From: Perkinsela sp. CCAP 1560/9
Taxonomy: Eukaryota; Protista; Euglenozoa: Kinetoplastea
Length of the DNA stretch: 64,000 bases
Direction: 5' to 3'
Assembly (NCBI GenBank): GCA_965644495.1
Contig: CBFFSA010000009.1
Span: 372,001-436,000 of the forward strand
The notes below the pieces were generated by a model that ran no database searches, was not told the origin of the DNA, and saw only the letters and a list, made by a program, of their open reading frames with translations. Below are positions 1 to 9,600 of this stretch, one piece after another. The translations under genes and the position numbers were made by a program. The stretch's first letter is position 1. Each line of letters opens with the position of its first letter.

Positions 1-115
1 GGCCTATCGGGCAGGGTCATTCGATTTCCCGAGCTCGAGTAAAACGCTATGGGGCGAAAAAGGGAATACGAAGTGCGAAAGTGTAAAGTGGAAAAGATCA
101 GCACTAAGTACAGTA

Positions 116-199
116 CTGTAACCCCCCTTTAATATACACCCCCCAAACCCCCCTATCATAGAGACAAAACGCATTATTCTACGTTAAAGGGGGTCACAG
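116..199. mobile_element. Tiny TA-flanked MITE (Tc1/mariner-type ends)
   Basis: TA|CTGTAACCCCCCTTTAA ... TTAAAGGGGGTCACAG|TA inverted termini; a near-identical left end recurs at 58671 (TA|CTGTGACCCCCCCTTTAATAT). Confidence 0.7.
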
Positions 200-450
200 T
201 ATTTGAAATGTGTTCAACTTTTTAAATATTTGCGAATGAGTGCTGAAGATCAGTTTTGAAATGTATAGTACATTAATATTTAAATCTTTTTTATGCATGG
301 AGATCACCGCTGCATTCTCCCGAACTTTGCCCCCCTCGAGTGCTTACTCTGGTTTCATTCACTGGTTATTTCAAAATAGCTACTATTTCCTTTTTGACTT
401 ACCTAGTGTTGAAACACCGCGAAACAGCGCTTTACGTCATCCGCAGACCC

Positions 451-558
451 TCAACTATCAGAACTAAAGTGTCTGATAGCTTTTTCTTGCTAGATTTAGG
501 CCACTATTATAGTGGTATACTGATCTATACAACTGCTGTAGTAGTATAGTGTATAGTC
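451..558. repeat. Duplicated LRR 3' flank (paralogous to ~2637-2770)
   Basis: TCAACTATCAGAAC...TTTTTCTTGCTAGA...GATCTATACAACTGCT...GTAGTATAGTGTATAGTC occurs at both positions. Confidence 0.8.
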
Positions 559-560
559 TA

Positions 561-1351
561 CAGGGGTGCGAATCTAAAGGTGGGGGGTCTAAAATTCGTA
601 AAAGTTGTCCAATTTTGGAAAATAATAGCGCATTGGATAGCTCTCACAGAGTTGTATGTTTTAGGATAGGTAGCATCCGGGGTTTGGGAGGTACCCCCCT
701 TTCATGTAAGGGTCAAAAACACATATTGCAATACTTTAGTGATGTCAATAATTTCTGTAATTTGGATTGCAAAAGACAATTAGTAACCACAGTGCCTCCC
801 GTTCCGACTAATAACAATTTCACAACGCTTCCTGAAACTCTTCAACGTTTTCTGAACCGTTGCAGAGTGGGTCTGTTTCAATTTAAGGAAAGACCCCTCA
901 ATGGCGGCTTCCAGTTGCTGTCGATTTCGGGGTCGAAGAAGATTTTTGTCTGTGTCCATCACAGACCACAAATTTTCGATCGGATTCAGGTCTGGAGATT
1001 TTGCAAGCCAGGGGAGAACGGAAATTCCTGTATCACGGAACGTGGCACGCGCCTTGTTGTGGGTCGGGCAGTTGTCCATGGCAATCGTGGGCGCTGGATG
1101 TCGCTTTAAATATTGAAGAAAGCCCCGTGGCTTTTTCATAACCTGATCAAAAATTCCAACGTTTCAACCCAACGTTTTAAAGTGTTCTCTTGAACACCAA
1201 AGTGCTGCGCCGTAGCGGAGTACGATCCTGTGCGCTCGTATTCCGCCACCAAAAGCATGCGGTGACTCTCTTTGACGGGGGCGGGGGAAGAATACGATCT
1301 ATCGCTCAGTACTCCACGGGAAGTCCTCGAGCGAGCGCGCCTTTGGGGCAT
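561..1351 (-). mobile_element. Internally deleted Tc1/IS630-like DDE transposon remnant
   Basis: ORF 780-1139 has DNCPTH...W.AKSPDLNPIENLW and a C-terminal SFRKRCEIVI...G...Y (D-32-E spacing as read). ORF 1136-1351 is HTH-like (SYSATAQHFGVQENTLKRWV). The first catalytic D is missing. The element edge is TA|CAGGGG at 559-566; the other TIR was not found. Confidence 0.8.
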
Positions 1352-1827
1352 TTTCTAGTAAAAACTGTAATTCCTGCGAGGGAAAAAAGTTTCTTCCTCT
1401 TCAGAATCTTCTTTCTCGTCTTCCGCAAAATGAAAAATCAGTTCTTCTTCGGCGTACAGTATATAAATAGAATATAGAAACAAACTGACAGTAATGTTAT
1501 CACTGTAAATTAAATTTGTAACTAATGTCCAGCAAAAAGATAAAGCACAAAAAATATGTACACGTATTGTTTTCATAGATAGTGCTTGAACGGTTAAGGT
1601 TCAACCTCAATAATAGTACCATAATAAATCAGTTTTTGTACAGTTTTTGTAGTTTTACGGACCTCTGAATTATTGTGTGATATAATCAGACAAAAGTTTT
1701 TTTCTTCGAAAAAAATAGAAATGCGCAAAAAAAGTAGTTTGTGTATAGCGCGCCAAAAAGTAGCATATTTACAGTTTCTGAAGTTTTTCAACCCGTGATC
1801 GAAAGCCGGCGGTACATTATCACTGAG

Positions 1828-2472
1828 CTACATAATCAGACAAGCCCCCTTCTGCTCTCTGATAGCTCTAATTCTTGTCTCCCTAATAGAAATTCTAACG
1901 AATCGTGGCAGTTTTTTTATGACGTACATTCCCTTTAGGTTTTCATTGCATTCTAAATTGAGCTCGTGAACGGCCTGTGGAAGACACTCAAAGTGTAAAG
2001 CCCGTTGGAAGTCATTAAAAGAAAAGTTAAGATAGATCATTGTTCTAGGCAAGTCTGCGAAATCCAAGGTTCCTGAAAACGTGTTGGAAGCTAGATTAAG
2101 ACTCTGCAGATCCCTGGGTAATGCGTCTAGCGTGACTGCTCCAGTTAAATAGTTCGTATAAAGCTGCAACTCAAGTAACGTTGCGGGCAAATGTTCCCAA
2201 CGTAGCGTACCTCGTAGCTTACGTCCACCGAGAATAGCAGAGGAGTTCTGGTGTGCGGAGTGCATAGCGTGCCAATCGATCTTCTCAACCTTTTGTGCAT
2301 CGTTGCAATGTACTCCGTACCACTCACATGCTGAAATCTTTGTGGTCTTAAAAAAGCTGCTTGGTGGCGCATCAACGTTTTCTAGAAATTGAACCAACAG
2401 AGTTTCCGGTGGAAGATGTGCACCCACACGTCCCAGACGTAGCGGCAAGGAGTCTGCATTTTGGACAAACAT
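1828..2472 (-). CDS. LRR family protein (LRRNT cap + 4 LRR, C-terminal CaaX CLIM)
   Basis: MFVQNAD..LRLGRV leader, ACEWYGVHC cap, 23-aa LPxxLxxLxLxxNxxxG repeats, ends GACLIM*. Confidence 0.9.
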   Translation of the reverse strand: MFVQNADSLPLRLGRVGAHLPPETLLVQFLENVDAPPSSFFKTTKISACEWYGVHCNDAQKVEKIDWHAMHSAHQNSSAILGGRKLRGTLRWEHLPATLLELQLYTNYLTGAVTLDALPRDLQSLNLASNTFSGTLDFADLPRTMIYLNFSFNDFQRALHFECLPQAVHELNLECNENLKGMYVIKKLPRFVRISIRETRIRAIREQKGACLIM

Positions 2473-2824
2473 TAGGTATGTAAGAAACAAGATAAGACTA
2501 CTCGAAAAAACAATTCTCGAAACAAATTAAGAAAATTGTCCATGAACAGGAATAATATTGTGAATGCAACAGAACTTCAGGTTTTAAAAGGGTTCGCTGC
2601 CAGATTTATGTCGCTTTAAATTTAATTTCATGTCCTTCAACTATCAGAACCACAGTTTGTTATAACTTTTTCTTGCTAGAATTATGCCAATATAATGGTG
2701 GTATACACCACCAATGGTGGTATACCTTGTACAGATCTATACAACTGCTACAGTAGTATAGTGTATAGTCCATATACATGTACATGCATAAATCATTATG
2801 TTACATAATAAGACAACCCCAACG

Positions 2825-3451
2825 TCATTCTGTGACAGATTTGATTTTTGTGTCCCTAATAAAAAATGTACTCGTGCCTACTATAACGCCTGTTGGCAGT
2901 TTATCCGCGTCATAGCTTCCCTGTAGGTTTACATTATCATTTAAAAAGAGCTCGTGGATCCCGCACGGAAGATGCTCAAAGTGTAAAGCCAGTTGGAAGC
3001 GATTCGTTGAAAAGTTCAGATGAGTCAGTGTTCTGGGCATGTCAGTGAAATCCAAGGTTCCTGAAAACTTATTCCATGATAGGTTAAGACGCTGCAGATC
3101 CCTGGGTAATGCGTCTAACCAGACTTCGCCCATGAAATCATTTGAATAAAGTTCCAACGCAAGTACGGTTACGGGCAAATGTTCCCAACGTAGCGTACCT
3201 CGTAGATCGCCTCCCCTGAGAATGTCAGAGAATGCTGATTTCATATTGTGCCAATCGATTCTTTCAACATTTTGTGCATCATTGCAATGCACTCCGAACC
3301 ACGCACATGCTGGAGTCAATGGGTTTTTAAAAATGCAACTAGATGGCATAGAAACGTTTTCTAGAAATTGAACCAACATATTTTCAGGTGGAAGATGTGC
3401 ATTCACACGTCCCAGACGTAGCGATGTCGTGTCCGCGTTTCGCACAAACAT
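2825..3451 (-). CDS. LRR family protein, tandem paralog of 1828-2472
   Basis: Shares LRGTLRWEHLP and LDALPRDLQ with its neighbour; the TGA stop is followed in frame by RWGCLIM-TAA. Confidence 0.9.
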   Translation of the reverse strand: MFVRNADTTSLRLGRVNAHLPPENMLVQFLENVSMPSSCIFKNPLTPACAWFGVHCNDAQNVERIDWHNMKSAFSDILRGGDLRGTLRWEHLPVTVLALELYSNDFMGEVWLDALPRDLQRLNLSWNKFSGTLDFTDMPRTLTHLNFSTNRFQLALHFEHLPCGIHELFLNDNVNLQGSYDADKLPTGVIVGTSTFFIRDTKIKSVTE

Positions 3452-3610
3452 TACGTAGGTGTGTAAGAAAAAATACTATTCTGTATAGAGAGGATTCATA
3501 ACATGAATGCAACGGTACTAAACGTTTTGTTAGCTTTTTCTTTGGTACGTTTACACATCGCCCTTATTGTTGTGCAAAATGTTTGCTCTACCCAGGTTGA
3601 GCACTTTAGC

Positions 3611-6600
3611 CTACGCTTCGTGACCTGAAAGATGCAGAAAAACGCTTTCCAGATTGCACCTGTTCAAACTGTATTCCTGTACCGCAAACTTATGCTTGCG
3701 ACACAGATCCTGCAATCTACGAAACGCGTGGGACAGCAAGAACTCGCCTTCAATCTGAAACCTAAGTTGCGTGTCATGTCTCTCACGAAGAATGACTTGG
3801 CACTGGGGAAATATATCCATCCGGAGTACGTCACAAAGCTGAGGTACGTCATCTGCATCACTCCCCCCACTTTTATTATGTATGCCCTGATCTGCTAAAA
3901 CCTTCATTTCTTCTTGGCACGTGGCGTATACTCTCTGTTTTCGTAGCTTTCTCCGAAGCCCGAAACAAAGTTCATACCCGACCGCAAATTTACTTTTTAA
4001 ATGTGGCAGAGTCCCAAGACAACGCAATGTTCCTTTTGCCAGGATCCCGACGCGGTGACACAACGCCTCGACCTCTTCTAAGTGATGGGTACTTAGTAAC
4101 ACACAACGAGGGATTAGTTCTTCTCCAGAACGCTCTGTAGAAATTGCTAAGCCTTCTTGATGATTCGAAAACAGGACCTCCTGCTCTATGGGTACAGCAA
4201 TATGAAAAGGATCCGAAGAAGGCAGGTTGTTCAGCTCCTTAATTCTCGCACTTCTGGTGCCCATTTTTTTATGTTCGTTCAATTCGGTATCCATCAACCT
4301 GCTCTCTCTGTCATGATTTCCATAAAGTTGTTGCAAAAGTTGCCAAAACGTCCGCCGTGTTAACGGATCCATTCCCGCGCTGGCCTCATCTAGAATTAAT
4401 ACTCGAGGGGAACCCAATAGTGCGATGCCGAGTGCAAGTTTTCGACGATTACCTCCGCTGAGATTCGTCGCGCAAACGTTCAAATAGGAGGAGAGTTCGA
4501 GAAGAGAGACTAAGTATTCGATCTGGGTGGGAATTTGGGAGGGCAGAATGCCTTGCAGTCGTGCGTAAAACTGCAAATGCTCCTTCACGGTTAATAACTC
4601 GTGTAAACCTTCTAGTTGCGGACAATATCCAAGAACGGGAGATCGGGAACAGGATCGCATCACAGTGGTCTCAAAAACGCTCTCGGGAAGCGGATGACCA
4701 CAAATTGTGGCATAACCCGAGCTTGGAGAAAGCGCTCCAGTAAGGATGGAAAGAGTTGTGGTTTTTCCTGCTCCATTGGCGCCGAGAAAACCGAAGACTT
4801 CCCCAGGAGAAACACCAAAGGTAAGGGAGCGAACTGCAGTAGAACTCACGGCATTCGTTGTTTCCGTTTCCAAATGTCTTGTTTCATAAAAAGAATGGGT
4901 CGGTAGTCTGCGTAGAGAGACCGCAATACGATTCTTGAAAAATGCGACGCACTTCAGCGCATCATGTTTTAGTTTGGATAAAACCCCATTCGAATACGTT
5001 TTATTTAGCTTTACAATAGTGATGAGATCCTTGGAGCGCTTCCGAGAAGTCAGAGGGCAAACATCTGGGCGGCTACCCTGATGGCCGCACGCAGCCATAA
5101 TTTCCTTTTCTTCCTGAACTACATCGGGATCAGCAGAAATCGTCCCGCTTGTTGTAGGAAACCCAGAGAGGTCCGTATAGCCTCTCGAGAGGACAGGAAT
5201 TCGACACATCAACGGGCGCAACAACTTGGCTACCCACCAAGGCGCATCCATGGCAACCGCAATACTCAGAAAAACAACCGACTCCATCATCAGGTACGCG
5301 ACCGGGGCGCCCACACAATCCCACGCCAACGGCGACGTGCTCCCCACCAGTCCCCCCCACCCTTTTTGGCTCTCCTCGTTTCCTCCCCCCCACCCCAGCC
5401 CCCCCTCCCCCCCCTCCCCCCACCTCTCCACCACCCCCCTCTTCGCCCCCCTCCACGCCAGCGCCATCAACCCCTCCCCTAGACAGAACCCCGGAAACAC
5501 GCGAAAGACCCGCACCCACGTGGCGTACCCCCCGGGGTACGCCACCCTCATCACAAACGACAGCAGCGTGAGCGTGTACCCCGAGAGCATCGCAAACAGC
5601 CGCACCGCCGCCTGGGCCGTACTCGGGGACCCAAACCCCCGGTGCACCACATACACCCCCGCGGTGCTGCTCATGCCGAACCCCCCGACCAGCGCCCCCG
5701 TCCCCAGGAGGGTCCCCCACTCCCCGACGTACTCGTCCCGTGCGAAATGGGCAAAGACGGATAGCGACATGAGGAGAGAGAGGAGAAAAAGGGAGAGGTC
5801 GAAGAGAGAGTGGGCGAACCAGCGGGTCGCGCTGTGGAGTCCCGCGAGGGCGTGGAGGTGGGGGGCGCGGGCGGTTCGCTCGGCGACGTGGTAGCCGGCG
5901 AAGACCCCGGGGATGAGGGAGAAGGGGAGGAGGAGGAGGGGGGCGAGTACGAGGGCGCGGGCCGCTGTGTCCGGGACCGCGGGGTCGGGGGAGATCGGGG
6001 GGGAGGGGAGGGGGGGGGAGAGGGGGGTGAGGTGGAGGGGAGGGGGGAGGGGGGGATTTCCGGGTTGGGTTGGGGAAAAGAGGGTGGGTTTCAAGGGGGG
6101 TGGATGGGGGTTGTTTGTTTGATTTTGGGGGTCTGGGGTTTTTGTTTGGATTGGGGTCGGATGGGTCGGCTCACTTTGGTTGTTGTGATCCCCGGTATTC
6201 GGTTTGATTGTGTTTTCCTCCGTTGGAGTGTGGTCTCCTTGGTTTGGATTTCGGTCTCTTTGAGTTCGATTTTGGTGATCCCCGGTTTTCGTTTTGATTT
6301 TTTTTTCCTTCGTTTGATTTTGGTTTCTTTCCGTTCGATTTTGGTGATCACCGCTTTTAGTTTTGATTCTGTTTTCCTCCGTTTGGTAATCCCCGGTTTT
6401 CGTTTTTAAAGGGCTAAAGTCAATAGGAGGTTTTGTGGAGGATGGATAAGAAGAAAAAGGAGAGGATAAAACATTTGTCGCATGGGCTTCACTCCCCATG
6501 GCGTGTTGTACGGAAGCACGAATTTGTGCCACGTGGAGAGCACGAAGGGTTTCGGGCAGGGCATGCGGGGCTGAAGCGTTGTGCCACAGGATGTAGAGGG

Positions 6601-9600
6601 GGTCGTGGGAGTTTTCAGAGGGTATTTGGAGCGCTGCAGGGAGGTATACGGGGTCGGAGTGTGGCGAGGGTGAAGGCCAGAGGGTCGATTCCAGTGCTCT
6701 GTGGTTGATCGAGTGAAAGTCGAACGGGAGATTTGGGTTTGTATCCTCTAGAAGTACCTCCTTTACGCAGTATTCCGGTGGGAACAAAGTGGGTAAAGAA
6801 GTTGTCCACCAATCAGGCGGGTCGTCCGTCTTGTTTTCGTCAACATTTCTTTGTTTCCGACGAATTATAGGGAGTGGAAATGAGCACTCCGAAGCTTGCT
6901 TCTCCCCGAAAAAACTCCAACCCCATTGTGTTTTGGAGTGCAGCACTGCACACGACGGTAAGGCTCCTTCCGGGGAAATCTCTAAAGGTGTAGGAGCCGC
7001 AACCTCCGACGCTCGAGTGTGCATCCACAAAATCATGAATAGAAGTGCCACAGGAAGAAGCGTAGCGCTGAGAAGATAGCGGCGATCTCGAAGGGTTACA
7101 GAGAGTCGTTGAGAGAGAATGCCTTTAACTTGACTTAGGAGTAAACGGTAGCGTGTTTGATGAAAACAGGGAGGGGGAAGGCTTTGAACATTGATCGTAC
7201 GTCGTGTCTGGTCAGCATGGCGTGGCGTATCAGCATTCATTCGTAGATTTGTGTTCTGTAATTCCTTTACAGAATTTGTTCTGGAAAAAGGCTCCTGGTT
7301 GGGATCGTGCTCCATAGTTTTGAATTCCTTCGGCTTCAAAGGTAGTGTCATCTCTCTTTCACTCGAAACGTATTTGAAAACATCCTCTAGGGTAGTATGT
7401 TGAATGCCCATGGACTCAATGCCATACTGGGTTCGCACGGTGGGGTCTTCTAAGGTATCAAAAAGAACAGCCAACGTTTCGGACTCTGTGGAGGGCAACG
7501 AAATTTGTATTTCCGCCTCGCGGTCCACGAGAATGCGGGTCTCTGGTACATGTTGCGAAATCAGAGAATAAAGCTCAGCGCGTGTCCGAAAGTTCTTATT
7601 ATTTTCTGCATTACTTTCTCTAGAACTTTTACTTTCCTGCGAAGAGATGTTTCTAGGATCTGGCGAAGGCACACTATGCGAAAACATCGACAAGGACAGA
7701 ATGTATCCTGCTCCATACCGTTGCTTTAACTCCAAGGGCGTGCCTACACATCGTAGACGAGCTTTATGAAGAATCGCAATCTGTGTCCCCAGCGCGTCCG
7801 CCTCATCAAGATAATGCGTCGAGATCAACAACGTTCGCGGGCGAGACAAGTCAGAAATAGAGTTTCCGTCTTTTTGACCATTTCCTGTTTTCCTTGCAAC
7901 GTATTCCGACAGCAAATCCCACAGCGCCCTGCGGGAGGCAACGTCAATCCCAGCCGTGGGTTCGTCCAACACCACAAGCGGACTACTCCCCAAAAGCGCC
8001 ATAGAAATCGAAAGCTTACGTTTCTGACCCCCACTGAGTTGGGAGGGAAGAAAATGAGCTTTGTCAAGAAGATTCAATTTTCTCATCATTTCATTCACCT
8101 CGTGTTCGATTTCGGTGGAAGCATTGCCCCAAAAATCGATTTCCTTATCTCCACATCGTATACTTTGTTTCAGTGCGGAAACAAAATACAAATGCTGAAC
8201 CACCGTGAGTCCGGACCACAGCAAATTGTGTTGTGGACAGAACCCCATGGTCCCCGCATCGCGTAGCCTTTCACATTGCTGTGTGAGGGATTGTCCAAAG
8301 ATTTGAATATCCCCGGAGCTCGGCCGGAGCATTCCGGTCAGCATGTGAAGCACGGTGGATTTGCCTGCCCCGTTGTGGCCGAGCAGCACGGTGATACTGT
8401 GAGAGGGCAAGGCAAGGCAGAGGTCATCCACGGCAAGGGTAACCGGGGATGAATGTGCGAGTTGGGAATTCGCCGCTTGGTAGTTCGCTGTTTGGTACTT
8501 TGCAGTTTGATAATTTGAAGTTTCGTAATTTGAAGTTTGGTCATTTGCAGTTCGATCATTTGCAGTTTCTAGACGGTTGTTTTCAGAGATGTGAGCGTTT
8601 GAAAGCATTGCCCTTTGTTGGGGAGGAGGAGGCAAGGTATCGGGAAAGGTTTTGCGTAGATGTTGGAGGTGGATTGTAGTGGAAGCGTCGGAACGGGGAA
8701 CTGTTGGTTTGTTGGTGCAGCGTTTTGCCTTTGACCATGTCGTAGTCTTTACAGGGATCGTCGCTTTCCATAGATTTACGAGATGAAAAAGTGAGTTGTA
8801 AAAGTTAGACGTAAAGTCTTTGACAACCTCGAAAAATGGTTTCTGGATCCCGTAAGTGTTGGGTAGCACTTGATCCAGAAATAGAGCTAGGAACGCCGAG
8901 AAAATGATGGATAAAAGAAGTAACCAACAGCTTTGGTAAAACCAGTTCGGGGACGCGCCTGTCAGAACTTCCAGGACCGATATACCACGACCACTGGATT
9001 CTCTTTTCACCATTTGACGCATCCATAATGTAAAACTTGTGCTAGAAAAGGGAAGCGCAAGTAGCACACTAAAGTTAGGCAAGGGATCTGAAGAAGGAGA
9101 GATTCTCAAAAAATGGAGTACGTACTTGCATACAATTTGAATCCAATAGAATGGATTGGTGTAGGCCACAAGGAGCTGGATCGTTTCCTCATCCTGACTT
9201 GTGGGTAACATCAGGGATACCGGAAGAGTGCTCAGTGTAAAAATGAGCGGCGTGACCAGCGCGGCAAGTTGTGCACGTTCAAATAGGGTGGATAAAAGCG
9301 CAGAGAATCCGATTAAGGAAAAGCAAAAAAGGAACAGAACCGCAAAAAGCACAAAAAATGAAGTTTGGGATAGTAACGTACGAGAGAGAGCAGTGCTTAA
9401 CAGTCCAGAGCTTATGGCGGAGGAAAATGCATACGCGATAGCCCAAGAGGCATAATAAGAAGTTCTTCGAAGCCCCATAATCCACAACACCTCTCGTGTA
9501 CGGGACTCTTTCTCCTCAACCAGGGCTTGGGTGAGATGTGAGACAAAATACGTGAAGCCAAAGATAAGCGTTAAAGGAAGATGAGGTCCGATTTGGGATA

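Noticed and set aside
2825-2827. Genome-wide TGA reassignment
   Set aside because: SFT2 and RPB2 end at TGA at their expected C-termini, and long genes contain no internal TGA.
5081-6409. Many overlapping Pro- or Gly-rich ORFs (also around 36600-38200, 40150-40650, 46600-47500, 55570-56250)
   Set aside because: Shadow ORFs caused by stop-poor, GC-skewed sequence opposite or within real genes.
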